DNA from: Patescibacteria group bacterium
GTDB taxonomy: Bacteria; Patescibacteriota; Patescibacteriia; S139-126; S139-133
DNA length: 27,053 nucleotides
Reading direction: 5' to 3'
NCBI GenBank assembly: GCA_049604715.1
Contig: JBMYTV010000012.1
Coordinates: 1-27,053 of the forward strand
The notes beneath the pieces are model-generated. The model was not told where the DNA came from. It ran no database searches and worked only from the letters and a program-made list of their open reading frames with translations. Below are positions 9,262-18,446 of the stretch, in pieces; position 1 is the first letter of the stretch, and each line of letters starts with the position of its first letter. A program made the translations under genes and the position numbers.

Positions 9262-10482
9262 ATGTCACAACAGACAAAAACTGCGAGCAAGTCGTCTAAA
9301 ATGGCGGAATTACTTGCCCAAGCAGAAAAGAATTTTTTACCAAAAGTAGGAGAGTTGGTAGGCGGCGTTGTTTTAGACGCTGGTAAAAACGAAGTATTGA
9401 TCGATATCAATGGTGTTACCACTGGTATTGTTCGCGGCAGTGAGCTTGAAGATGAGTCAGGTGAATACAGTAATTTGAAAGATGGCGATACTGTCGAAGC
9501 TACTGTTCTTGAAATTGAAAATGAACGCGGCTTGATTGAACTTTCATTCCGTTATGCTGGTCACCAGCGTGCGTGGGATGGATTGCAAAAACTTCTTGAA
9601 GGCGGCGATATTATTGAGTCAAAAGTAGTGGATGCTAACAAGGGTGGTTTGATGTGTAAGGTTGGTGGTGTTGTTGGCTTTTTGCCAGTTTCACAGCTTA
9701 CACCTGAGCATTACCCACGTGTTGAGGGAGGTGATAAGAACAAGATTCTTGAAATCCTCAAAAGTTATGTAAACACCATTTTTGATGTAAAGGTTATTGA
9801 TGTTGATGAGCGGGAAACTAAGCTAATTGTTTCAGAAAAGGCAGCTTGGGAAGACAAACAAAAAGATCTTCTTGCAAAATACAATGTCGGTACTGTTGTC
9901 AAAGGAAAAGTTACTGGTGTGGTTGACTTTGGCGCATTCGTCAGTTTTGACGATAACATGGAAGGTTTGGTACACATCTCAGAACTTGCATGGCAACGAA
10001 TCGATGATCCACGTGATGTAATTCGCGTTGGTGATGATGTTGAAGCAAAGATTATTGGTGTTGAAGGTTCTAAGATCTCTCTTTCTATCAAAGCGCTTCA
10101 TAATGATCCATGGGTTGAAGTTAGTAAGAAGTACAAGGTTGGTGATTCTGTAAAGGGTAAGGTGCTTAAGCTCAACAACTTTGGTGCATTTATTGAACTT
10201 GATGCAAACATTCATGGTCTCGCGCATTTATCAGAGCTTTCAGCTCATGATGTAAAAGATCCATCAGACATTTTGCAGCCAGGTGATGTAAAAGAGTTCC
10301 GTATTGTTTCTCTTGAGCCAAAAGAGCACAGACTTGGTCTTTCACTCAAAGCAATGAAAAAGCCCAAGGCTGACAAAAAGACAGATGAAGCAAAAGAAGA
10401 AAAGAAAACCGATCAAAAGGAAGATGTAAAGGAAAGCAAAGAAGAAAAAGTAGAGGCTGAAGAAAAGACTGAAGACAAATAA
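9262..10482 (+). CDS. rpsA: 30S ribosomal protein S1 (four S1 domains plus K/E-rich tail)
   Basis: Repeated S1-domain motifs are present (GAFVSF...GLVHISEL; GAFIELDANIHGLAHLSEL). The C-terminal tail is KEEKK-rich. Confidence 0.9.
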   Translation: MSQQTKTASKSSKMAELLAQAEKNFLPKVGELVGGVVLDAGKNEVLIDINGVTTGIVRGSELEDESGEYSNLKDGDTVEATVLEIENERGLIELSFRYAGHQRAWDGLQKLLEGGDIIESKVVDANKGGLMCKVGGVVGFLPVSQLTPEHYPRVEGGDKNKILEILKSYVNTIFDVKVIDVDERETKLIVSEKAAWEDKQKDLLAKYNVGTVVKGKVTGVVDFGAFVSFDDNMEGLVHISELAWQRIDDPRDVIRVGDDVEAKIIGVEGSKISLSIKALHNDPWVEVSKKYKVGDSVKGKVLKLNNFGAFIELDANIHGLAHLSELSAHDVKDPSDILQPGDVKEFRIVSLEPKEHRLGLSLKAMKKPKADKKTDEAKEEKKTDQKEDVKESKEEKVEAEEKTEDK

Positions 10483-10483
10483 T

Positions 10484-10514
10484 AAAATCCCCGCTCGTAA
10501 GAGCGGGGATTTTT
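10484..10514. terminator. Bidirectional intrinsic terminator
   Basis: AAAATCCCCGCTC-GTAA-GAGCGGGGATTTTT, with an A-tract upstream and a T-tract downstream. It serves rpsA on the plus strand and the small minus-strand ORF to its right. Confidence 0.7.
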
Positions 10515-10524
10515 GATACGAAGA

Positions 10525-10866
10525 TTAGAGTGGGCAGTAGTGAAGTTGGGGTATAGAAAGGAGCTCTGCTTCATCTTGTGTAGACGCATGCGCAGTCTCA
10601 ACAAACAAGATCGCACTCATATGATCAGTAAAGTCATTAGCCACAAAAAAATCCGTACCTTCGTACGAATATGAAGTTGGGCTAATGTATAGCTGATCAT
10701 AGCTAACAACACGGTTGCTGATAGCAGACTTTAGTCCAAATGCAACTAGCATAATGATGGTCAATGAGATTAGTACAAACCATAGTGGTTCGTATTTTTC
10801 CCAGAGGCTTTTCTTTCTATGGAAAGGCCATAGCTGTTGCCAGAATGATGGTTTTGAAAAAAGCAT
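10525..10866 (-). CDS. Hypothetical small membrane protein
   Basis: A 113-aa ORF with one TM segment (LWFVLISLTIIMLVAFGL). It is the only sizeable ORF between two terminators. Confidence 0.35.
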   Translation of the reverse strand: MLFSKPSFWQQLWPFHRKKSLWEKYEPLWFVLISLTIIMLVAFGLKSAISNRVVSYDQLYISPTSYSYEGTDFFVANDFTDHMSAILFVETAHASTQDEAELLSIPQLHYCPL

Positions 10867-10951
10867 GTTGTTTTTGTTTTTATAAAGGTTATTTTGACCT
10901 TTATAGTGCTATTATAGCACGAATTTTAGCAAAAATCAAGTTTGTAGGAAA

Positions 10952-10986
10952 TAAAAACACCGCTTCATTGAAGCGGTGTCGTTTTT
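10952..10986 (-). terminator. Intrinsic terminator downstream of the SPFH-like gene
   Basis: ACACCGCTTC-ATT-GAAGCGGTGT, flanked by AAAAAC and CGTTTTT. On the minus strand a T-run follows the stem. Confidence 0.55.
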
Positions 10987-11018
10987 AACACACAATCAGG
11001 TTGGTTTGGTAAACATTG

Positions 11019-13082
11019 TTACTGGTTTGGTGTGGCCGTTGAATCGGCCGGCTGGGGTACGCCCAAACCATATTTATTTTGCATCATGCCGTTCAGTATA
11101 GTACCCATCAACGGATCAAGAAGAACGCCTTGTCCCGACTGAGCACCGCCGAGGTTTTGGGTGAAGACATCAGGAGTAATATCCGTTACACCCATTGCAT
11201 TAAGTCTGTCGAGCATTTCAAGTATGGCTACGTTCTGTGATCCGATAATATCGGCCATTGCCTCATACCGCGCGCGAAGTCCCTTGGCGATTTCTTCGTC
11301 ATACTTCCGCTGTGCTCGGCCTTTCCGTAGCATCTGCGTTTCTTCAAACGAAGCTTTTTCGCTGGCAATTTTGGCTTCCATCTTGACGGATTGCTGATCG
11401 GCTTCGGCTTTTTTCTCTTCCGCTTTGATACGCTCCTGCTGCTCCAGTTGCACCTGTTCCCATTTGAGTTTATTCTGTTCAGCCAGAACGCGCTCGGTTT
11501 GGGTCGTAAGCAGCGGCGTCGGAATATGAATTTTGCCGTAGTTAACATCCATTGTTATATAGCCCTTTGAAAGGGCCTGCATCCACATATCGGCGTACAT
11601 CAGACGTTCTTGCCGTTGACGATTTTGGAAGTAGTCCAGACACGGGACATCTTGAGCTGAATTTCTGATACTGGACCGGCTATCCGGGGTAATGGAACGG
11701 TTTTCGATTTCAATCCAGTTGCCCCACATGACAAAGGCATATGCTGCCTGGTCGCGGGTCACCTTGGCTTGAATTCTGTATTCAATAGCCATTCCAAAGC
11801 CATCCGAACTAATGGCGTCGCTGGCAAAGTCAGCGAGGCCTTCCGGTACTTTCTGATTCGATTTGAAAGTAATCCGGCCGGTTGAATCATTAACCGTAAA
11901 TCCACCTTTGTAGCTAAAGTTCTGACCCCTGGTAGAAATGGTTTTTATGTCCAAAGCTTCTCGGTGAAGCGCATACTCACCCTCGGTGAGAACATTCCAC
12001 CATACGCCCTGATACCCCTCGGGAACGAGCTTGGCTTCCACGACCATGTCTTTGGTCAGGTAGTTAAACTCTTCCGGGTAGTAGTTATGCCACTTTGAAT
12101 TTTTGTCATCCAGCCAGGTATAGTCGAATTCGGGATTTTGTTTGGTGGGTTTCCACTCAAACGGTGTCAACCCGGCTTCGATGGCAACCTGCTTAATCGG
12201 CCGATCATTTTCGGTCAAAAAGTCCGGGAACATCTTTTTCCACTTTTCGTCAGTGTAGAGTAGCTGATGGTTAAAACGCTTACCGTAGTTGCATTTGACT
12301 ATAGCCACCTCACCAGGCTTAACTTTTGTGGTTTCCAGGTCGATACTCCATTTCCACAGGTATTGATTGAAGCGATACGTACCCGGCCCAAAAGCAACTG
12401 ACTGAGGCCCTTTTTGGATGTGCTTAAGGGCATATTCGGCATCTTCCAGGATGCGCTTTTTATCAAGCTCTTCATCCCAAATAGGTGCGTACAGTTGTCC
12501 CGAGGGCATATCTTTTCCGTCACGGGCGATAAGTGTGAGTACTTTTCCGGCGGGGACGATAACATCTTCTTTTTCTTCCAGATGGTGCGTAAGTGTAAGC
12601 AGCGGAGCCCAGGTAAGTCCCGGGGGATAGATCCGCATTTGTGGTCCATTTTGACCGTCACGGGCAATAATTTGACCGGTTTCCAGTTCGGATCCAAAAT
12701 ATTTACGCTTCGCATGGACGCTATTATCTTGCGGTACGACAATGTAGAAAATAAGGAAGAGTCGCCAGAGGATTACCAGCACACCAATTAATAGCGGAAT
12801 GAGCGCAATTTTGCGCCACGCCACCGGGCTCAGGCTGGTAACAAAGCTGGGAGTATTTTGGATACGATCATATTGCTTTTTGAGCACCAAATACTCTTCG
12901 TATTCTTCACGGTCTTCATCACTCACCTCGTCATCGTTCCAAACGCTACGAAACTTTTGATTCAGGGTTTGATACCGACTGGAATCAAAAGTTTCGGATG
13001 ATACGCCGTAATTGCGTTTTATCCACCAACTGATTAAAACCAGTATAATTCCGCATCCGGTTCCAAATAACAATCCAAACAT
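11019..13082 (-). CDS. Large membrane protein, SPFH/flotillin-like (tentative); G+C-rich relative to neighbours
   Basis: A 687-aa ORF with two N-terminal TM segments and a central domain. The C-terminus has an EA/K-rich coiled coil (EEKKAEADQQSVKMEAKIASE...AKGLRARYEAMADIIG) and a Gly-rich tail, reminiscent of flotillin/YqiK. Hand-counted 60-nt lines give about 45-58% G+C versus about 38% nearby. Confidence 0.6.
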   Translation of the reverse strand: MFGLLFGTGCGIILVLISWWIKRNYGVSSETFDSSRYQTLNQKFRSVWNDDEVSDEDREEYEEYLVLKKQYDRIQNTPSFVTSLSPVAWRKIALIPLLIGVLVILWRLFLIFYIVVPQDNSVHAKRKYFGSELETGQIIARDGQNGPQMRIYPPGLTWAPLLTLTHHLEEKEDVIVPAGKVLTLIARDGKDMPSGQLYAPIWDEELDKKRILEDAEYALKHIQKGPQSVAFGPGTYRFNQYLWKWSIDLETTKVKPGEVAIVKCNYGKRFNHQLLYTDEKWKKMFPDFLTENDRPIKQVAIEAGLTPFEWKPTKQNPEFDYTWLDDKNSKWHNYYPEEFNYLTKDMVVEAKLVPEGYQGVWWNVLTEGEYALHREALDIKTISTRGQNFSYKGGFTVNDSTGRITFKSNQKVPEGLADFASDAISSDGFGMAIEYRIQAKVTRDQAAYAFVMWGNWIEIENRSITPDSRSSIRNSAQDVPCLDYFQNRQRQERLMYADMWMQALSKGYITMDVNYGKIHIPTPLLTTQTERVLAEQNKLKWEQVQLEQQERIKAEEKKAEADQQSVKMEAKIASEKASFEETQMLRKGRAQRKYDEEIAKGLRARYEAMADIIGSQNVAILEMLDRLNAMGVTDITPDVFTQNLGGAQSGQGVLLDPLMGTILNGMMQNKYGLGVPQPADSTATPNQ

Positions 13083-13212
13083 ATTTTACTCCTTCCAAGA
13101 AAACTCTTGGTTTTTGTTGCTGTGAATTGGTCTATCTTCGAATTAGTTTAGTCTAACTGTGTGTTGATGTAGATATCTGATTGTGTGTTATTAAAAAACG
13201 TCAAGGTGCAAT

Positions 13213-13242
13213 TTGACATCAAAATTTATCACAAAATATTAA
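13213..13242 (+). promoter_or_regulatory. Candidate promoter TTGACA-N18-TATTAA for the flippase/ligase operon
   Basis: It lies in the divergent intergenic region, about 60 nt upstream of the ATG at 13300. Confidence 0.3.
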
Positions 13243-13299
13243 AATTGTCAAGTTGTAAGGAATGTTGTCTATCCTCTCAACTCACCATATAATACCAGT

Positions 13300-14721
13300 A
13301 TGTTAAAACACTTATTACAACACAGTATGATCCACGCAGCCGGCCGTGTTATTGGTCTTGGTATTAGTGTGGTTAGTATGGGTTTGCTTGCTCGGTACTT
13401 AGGACAAGAACAATTTGGTTGGTATATAATTGCATTTACTTGGCTGCAGTTTTTCTCTATTGCTGTGGACTTTGGTCTTTATATGATCGGTCTGAAGCTA
13501 CTAGGCGAAGCAGGTACAAAGGCAAGAGAACAAAAAGTATTCTCTCAACTTTTTTGGTTGCGTCTTTTTAGTGCGATAATTTTTGTACTTATTGCGCCAA
13601 ACATAGTGTGGCTCATGCCATATAGTATCGGCATAAAGCTTGGTGTGACTGTTTTGGCATTTTCATTTTTCTTTGCCAACATCAATCAGCTTTTGGTAGT
13701 TAGTTTTCAAAAAACAGTACGCATGCAAACCGTTGCTATCGCAGAAGTATTTGGCAAAATCACAGCTCTTATTTCTTTGTATATAGTTATACTGTTTGAT
13801 TTTGGTTTTGCAGCTGCTCTTGCAAGCATTGCATTCTTTGGACTTTTGCAGTCAGTTGTTTTGTTTTTAAAACTAACACCAGAACATTACATTTCATGGC
13901 ATTGGGACAGTGCTTTAGTAAAAAAGATACTTATACAAACAGCGCCGCTTGGGATTATTATTATTTTAAATACATTGTACTTCAAAGCAGATACCCTTAT
14001 TCTGTCGTGGTTTGTGCCTGCTGGAGAGGTTGGTTTGTATGGAGCGCCTTATAAAATCTTAGAGATTTTAGTTTCATTTCCAGCAATGTACCTAGGGTTG
14101 CTACTTCCCCATGTAGCTCAGTGGTACAAAAAGCGTCAATACAAAACACTTCGTGCATATGCTGAACAAAGCTTTCGTATTATGTCACTCCTGATAGCAG
14201 TAATGATCCCACTGACTATTGTTTTTGCCGATGACATCATGGTTTTGGTTGCTGGTAGAGATTTTGCTGCATCAGGTTTGTGGCTTCGGTATTTGATTAT
14301 TGCTGCTGCAAGTATTTTTTATGGACAGCTCTTTGGATATATTTTGGTGGGTATTGGCAGACAAAAAGTCCAAATGGTTATTTATGCAGCAGTGGCAGCA
14401 ATAGCTCTCATGCTCTATAGCGTATTTATCCCTTTAGCCGGAGTTGTTGCAGCTGCTATTATCACAATAGTTGTTGAAGTCACAGCTACGGTGGCGCTTG
14501 GTATACAGGCAGTGAAGTTTTTACGTTGGAATATACAAGTTATCCCAATCATTATCCTTACCTTGATAGCAATTGGAGTTGGTGTATTTGCCTGGCTCAT
14601 GCAGCCATACGGGCCTTGGTGGGTTATTTTCTTGTTGAGTTGTGCCGTATATCTGGTGCTTATTTTGTTATTTAGAATTGTAACAATTCAACAAATACAA
14701 ACATTAATTAAACGAGCATGA
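13300..14721 (+). CDS. Polysaccharide/lipid-linked oligosaccharide flippase (MOP/Wzx-like, polytopic)
   Basis: A 473-aa ORF with about 12 predicted TM helices and an N-terminal motif typical of Wzx/MurJ-like MOP exporters. It overlaps the next gene in an ATGA arrangement. Confidence 0.7.
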   Translation: MLKHLLQHSMIHAAGRVIGLGISVVSMGLLARYLGQEQFGWYIIAFTWLQFFSIAVDFGLYMIGLKLLGEAGTKAREQKVFSQLFWLRLFSAIIFVLIAPNIVWLMPYSIGIKLGVTVLAFSFFFANINQLLVVSFQKTVRMQTVAIAEVFGKITALISLYIVILFDFGFAAALASIAFFGLLQSVVLFLKLTPEHYISWHWDSALVKKILIQTAPLGIIIILNTLYFKADTLILSWFVPAGEVGLYGAPYKILEILVSFPAMYLGLLLPHVAQWYKKRQYKTLRAYAEQSFRIMSLLIAVMIPLTIVFADDIMVLVAGRDFAASGLWLRYLIIAAASIFYGQLFGYILVGIGRQKVQMVIYAAVAAIALMLYSVFIPLAGVVAAAIITIVVEVTATVALGIQAVKFLRWNIQVIPIIILTLIAIGVGVFAWLMQPYGPWWVIFLLSCAVYLVLILLFRIVTIQQIQTLIKRA

Positions 14722-15995
14722 GTGATGTATTTATTATTTTGCTAACTCTTTTTATTATTGTAGTAGCTTGGCGGCCATACCTTGGCGGGCTTCTAGTTTT
14801 GTCACTACTACCGAGTTATATTTTGCGTGACTCTGTAATTGGAATACCAACAACACTACTTGAGATGATGATTGTGCTTTGGTTTGTCATCACTGTGATA
14901 CATAGCATTAGAACAAAAAGGATTCATCAGTGGATGCGTTTGTTAAAAAGTAGGGTCATGCTTGTATATGGATTGTTTGTACTTGTTGGTTTGTTAACAG
15001 CTTTGTTTGCACCTGATATTCGCCTGGCTCTTGGTGCGTGGAAAGGGTGGATGCTTGGGCCTTTTGTATTTGTTTTAACATCAATATTTCACTATCGCTT
15101 GAAGCGAGATGCATATGCTTTAACTTTAGCAAGTTGCGGAACACTACTGCTTGTTAGTATTTGGGGGATGATTGAGTATATTGGTGGGTTTGGCATGCAA
15201 ATACCAGGATACATAAACGCTATGTTCTCTTCCGCAAACTATGTAGCTCTGCTAATTATCCCACTTTGGTTTGTAAGTCTTGGACTCAGCCTTCACCGTG
15301 TTGAAAAAAAGTTGTCTTCAAAGGGCGAGCTTGTTTGGTGGGTGTTTTTTCATGCGCTTGTTGGGGTAACTATTTTACTCACTAAGTCATATGCCGGAAT
15401 TTTGGCGGCAACCGCGGGAGTACTTTATATAGCAGCTTCTCTTCCTCGTGATTTTATATACAGAAAGTTGGCTCATGGTATGCTCATGATTGTAGCTGTG
15501 GGTGCTGGTTTGTTTATCTTGAGCGATGGGAAGCTTGATCGATTTGCAAATAATACAAGCTACAATTCTTTTGAAACTAGGCAGCAGATTTGGACAGTGA
15601 CATGGGATCTTATTCAAGACAAACCACTTGTTGGTATTGGTTTTGGCAATTTTGAGCCAGTTTATTATGATCGCGCTTTCGAGCTCTTCAGTCCGCCGCT
15701 TGAATGGGAGGTTCCAAGAGCGCATAACATTTTTTTACATACTTGGGTTGAGATGGGGCTAGTTGGACTTGCTATGGTGATTGGTTTGTTGTGGTTGTTG
15801 TTTAGTAACTTGCGTAATCTGTTGCTACAACCTGAAGAAAGGTATATGGTGTTTGGAGTGGTCGCGGCCCTGCTAAGTGTTGTTGTTCATGGTTTGCTTG
15901 ATACTCCTTATTTTAAAAATGATTTAAGTATAGTATTTGTTTATATAATAGTGCTTGTATTGATCCTTACCAAAAAGGGAGAAAGCGAGGTATAG
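14718..15995 (+). CDS. O-antigen ligase/polymerase family membrane protein (Wzy_C-like)
   Basis: A polytopic protein with a Wzy_C-like loop (GIGFGNFEPVYY...RAHNIFLHTWVEMGLVGL). Confidence 0.75.
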   Translation: MSDVFIILLTLFIIVVAWRPYLGGLLVLSLLPSYILRDSVIGIPTTLLEMMIVLWFVITVIHSIRTKRIHQWMRLLKSRVMLVYGLFVLVGLLTALFAPDIRLALGAWKGWMLGPFVFVLTSIFHYRLKRDAYALTLASCGTLLLVSIWGMIEYIGGFGMQIPGYINAMFSSANYVALLIIPLWFVSLGLSLHRVEKKLSSKGELVWWVFFHALVGVTILLTKSYAGILAATAGVLYIAASLPRDFIYRKLAHGMLMIVAVGAGLFILSDGKLDRFANNTSYNSFETRQQIWTVTWDLIQDKPLVGIGFGNFEPVYYDRAFELFSPPLEWEVPRAHNIFLHTWVEMGLVGLAMVIGLLWLLFSNLRNLLLQPEERYMVFGVVAALLSVVVHGLLDTPYFKNDLSIVFVYIIVLVLILTKKGESEV

Positions 15996-16000
15996 AGATA

Positions 16001-16234
16001 ATGAAAAAGATATGTTTCTATGCTGTTGTCATTGCAGTTCATCGAGCAGCGCACAACCTAGTTGTCACACCCGAGTCTGGTAGTGGCGGAGACCATAACT
16101 GGTTTTATGTTTTTATAGGGAGTGAGGCGCCAGTACAATTGCATGACAGGGTGTATTGTATTGTCAGTAACGAAGATGACAAAAGATCGTTCCGAATTTC
16201 TACTTTAAGCAAAAGCAACCACTCAAAGATTTGA
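16001..16234 (+). CDS. Small hypothetical protein (possible signal peptide)
   Basis: A 77-aa ORF that starts 5 nt after the ligase stop, with GCGAGG upstream. There is no homology I can recognise. Confidence 0.3.
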   Translation: MKKICFYAVVIAVHRAAHNLVVTPESGSGGDHNWFYVFIGSEAPVQLHDRVYCIVSNEDDKRSFRISTLSKSNHSKI

Positions 16235-16289
16235 GTGGTTTTACATAAATTTATAAACATGATATTGTGTTTGTAGTTAACAAGTTAAT

Positions 16290-16390
16290 ATCTTATCAAG
16301 AGTGAGCTGAGGGAATCGGCCCTGCGACGCTCCGGCAACTTGCCTATATGGTAAAGTGCTTCTTCCGACCCATTCTTGGGGAAGATAAGT
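16290..16390 (+). promoter_or_regulatory. SAM-I (S-box) riboswitch aptamer
   Basis: The sequence reads TCTTATCAAGAGTGAGCTGAGGGAATCGGCCCTGCGACGCTCCGGCAAC...GGGGAAGATAAG. It matches the S-box consensus (P1 CTTATC/GATAAG; AGAGNGG.GGAGGGA..GGCCC..GA.GC.CGGCAAC) directly upstream of metK. Confidence 0.7.
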
Positions 16391-16423
16391 CAGTTTATAT
16401 ACCTTCTCAGGAGGTATTTTTTT

Positions 16424-16458
16424 AACCTTTTCTTTTTCGAGAAAAGGTTTTTAATTTT
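16424..16458 (+). terminator. Riboswitch expression-platform terminator
   Basis: AACCTTTTCT-TTTTCG-AGAAAAGGTT is followed by TTTAATTTTTT, 16 nt before the metK RBS and ATG. Confidence 0.6.
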
Positions 16459-16473
16459 TTATAAGGAAATTAT

Positions 16474-17511
16474 ATGTCTTTATTACCCGCAACATATACA
16501 GCCGAAAGTGTAACTAGCGGTCATCCAGATAAAATTTGTGATGCTATAGCTGATAGTATTCTTGATTCGTGTCTACAGCAAGACAGTGAAAGCCGTGTTG
16601 CTGTTGAGTGCTTTGGCTCGCATGGGCAGTTATTTATAGGTGGGGAGGTTACAACTCAAGCTCATGTAGATTACAAAACAATCGCCCAGCACTTATATAG
16701 CGCTATTGGCTATGAGGACAATTTGGATATTACTGTCGCTGTAGCAGAACAATCCAGTGACATAGCTGATGGTATCAAAGACGATGGTGCAGGCGATCAA
16801 GGAATCATGTATGGATACGCATGTAATAGTACTGAGGAATTTTTGCCTTTGGGTGTTGTACTTGCTCATAAACTTACGCAAAGACTCGAGTTTGTTAGAA
16901 GACAGGGAGTTCTCCCGTGGCTGAGGCCTGACGGAAAAGCTCAGGTGACTATTAGTAATGGCAGAGTTGTTGCTGTTGTGGTTAGCACGCAGCATTCAAG
17001 TGGGATTAGCTTGGAGGAATTGCGCGCTCAAATAATACAATACATAGTCGAGCCATTGATCGATGTGAGTGCTGTGAAGAGTATATATATCAATCCTGCT
17101 GGAACTTTTACTATAGGTGGTTTCGCAGCGGATAGTGGATTAACTGGAAGAAAAATAATGGTTGATACCTATGGGGGTGTTGTTGTGCATGGAGGCGGGT
17201 CTTTCTCTGGGAAAGATGCATCAAAAGTAGATCGTTCTGGTGCATATATGGCCCGTTACGCTGCCAAAAGTATCGTAAGTCAGGGAAATGCAAAAGAGTG
17301 CTTGGTTTCAGTTGCGTATGCTATTGGCAAGAAAGAGCCGGTAATGCTTATGGCTGTAAATGAAAACGGTGAAGATATCCAGGAGATACACAGTTTTGAC
17401 TTCAAACCAAAATCAATCATTTCACATTTGGGATTGCTCAGGCCTATTTTTGGTAGAACAAGTAACTATGGTCATTTTGGAAAAAATATTTACCCATGGG
17501 AAAACGTATAG
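16474..17511 (+). CDS. metK: S-adenosylmethionine synthetase
   Basis: ESVTSGHPDKICDAIADSILD and GAGDQGIMYGYA motifs are present. An AAGGA RBS lies 7 nt upstream of the ATG. Confidence 0.92.
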   Translation: MSLLPATYTAESVTSGHPDKICDAIADSILDSCLQQDSESRVAVECFGSHGQLFIGGEVTTQAHVDYKTIAQHLYSAIGYEDNLDITVAVAEQSSDIADGIKDDGAGDQGIMYGYACNSTEEFLPLGVVLAHKLTQRLEFVRRQGVLPWLRPDGKAQVTISNGRVVAVVVSTQHSSGISLEELRAQIIQYIVEPLIDVSAVKSIYINPAGTFTIGGFAADSGLTGRKIMVDTYGGVVVHGGGSFSGKDASKVDRSGAYMARYAAKSIVSQGNAKECLVSVAYAIGKKEPVMLMAVNENGEDIQEIHSFDFKPKSIISHLGLLRPIFGRTSNYGHFGKNIYPWENV

Positions 17512-17541
17512 AGCTTTAACAATACATAAGGAGGAATATGC

Positions 17542-17949
17542 ATGGCAAGTGTAAAACAGTTTCAGCGCAGAGCAATCGAGAGGTTGTTGCCATATGCTGA
17601 TCCGTTGCCAGTATCGTGCAATACTAAGAGATTTTGTTTGTGCAGTGGTGGTCGTTTGTACAAGTTAGGGGCGAGTCAGGGTGTGGGTACGTGTAGTGAT
17701 GTATTGGATGTTGATGTGCTTGTAGTTGGTCGCAGGCAGGTATGTGGGAGCGGTGCTTATGTTAGAAGTAGATCCTTTGCAGCTATAGTATTGATAAGGC
17801 CAGCCACCAGAAAAGAGCGTAAATTGGCTCGGGCAGGTGTTGATCAAACTATCATGACGGTAGAGTTGCTTATTGTAAAAAGGCAAACAAAAAGCACGGT
17901 ATATTTTTCAAGGTCAGGCAAGAGGTCATACTATGTTAAGCTTGCTTAA
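17542..17949 (+). other. G+T-rich, C-poor ORF (135 aa, Cys/Val/Gly/Arg-rich) or structured RNA; identity unresolved
   Basis: A strong RBS (TAAGGAGGA) lies 8 nt upstream of the ATG. The composition is atypical: a hand count of about 120 nt gives roughly 10% C and 40% G. No family was recognised. Confidence 0.3.
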
Positions 17950-17952
17950 ACA

Positions 17953-17975
17953 AACCCCGCCAAAAGTGCGGGGTT
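17953..17975. terminator. CCCCGCC-family hairpin (terminator-like)
   Basis: AACCCCGC-CAAAAGT-GCGGGGTT is nearly identical to the hairpin after khpA. It has a weak T-run on the plus strand and a T-rich tail on the minus strand. Confidence 0.4.
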
Positions 17976-17980
17976 CTCCA

Positions 17981-18010
17981 TTGACAAAACACCTTTTTTA
18001 GTTTATACTT
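17981..18010 (+). promoter_or_regulatory. Candidate promoter TTGACA-N18-TATACT for khpA
   Basis: A consensus -35 and a near-consensus -10, about 70 nt upstream of the khpA ATG. A second TTGACA lies at 18019-18024. Confidence 0.4.
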
Positions 18011-18081
18011 AATACACTTTGACAAGTAAATAGCTTCCATATTGGATGCTGTTTTTTTATAAGTAAGTAAGAAATACGCGT

Positions 18082-18429
18082 ATGTCAGAGAAAGCAAAAG
18101 ATCAGGAGTTTGTTGAATACGTCATTAAGGCGATTGTCGACAATCCAGACGCAGTATCAACTGAGCGAACAGTTGATGAAATGGGTGTTCTTTTAACACT
18201 CAAAGTTGCCCCAGAAGATATGGGTAATGTTATTGGCCGTAGTGGTCAAACCGCACGCGCAGTGCGAACATTGCTTCGTGTTGTTGGTGCAAAGAACAAT
18301 TCACGTGTTAACTTGAAGATTTATGAACCAGAAGGTTCTCGCAAGAACCATCGTTCACAATCAAGTGAAGCGCCTGCAATGGACGAAGATACACCAGATC
18401 CAACTAGTCTTGATGATTTGAACTTGTAA
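18082..18429 (+). CDS. khpA: KH-domain RNA-binding protein (KhpA/YlqC, UPF0109-like) with acidic C-terminal extension
   Basis: Has a KH GxxG motif in context (VIGRSGQTARAVRTLLRV) and the typical N-terminal part (EYVIKAIVDNPDAV...LKVAPEDMG). Confidence 0.7.
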   Translation: MSEKAKDQEFVEYVIKAIVDNPDAVSTERTVDEMGVLLTLKVAPEDMGNVIGRSGQTARAVRTLLRVVGAKNNSRVNLKIYEPEGSRKNHRSQSSEAPAMDEDTPDPTSLDDLNL

Positions 18430-18446
18430 TATCATATTTTAGACTT

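Noticed and set aside
17512-17975. tmRNA, RNase P RNA or SRP RNA in the G+T-rich segment
   Set aside because: No tRNA-like 3' end (TTCGA-type T-loop with ACCA) and no ANDENYALAA-type tag frame. There is no GGAAAGTCCGGGC-like RNase P P4 motif. Only a weak resemblance to the SRP domain IV AGGUCAGG motif. None is supported, and the segment is left as unresolved.
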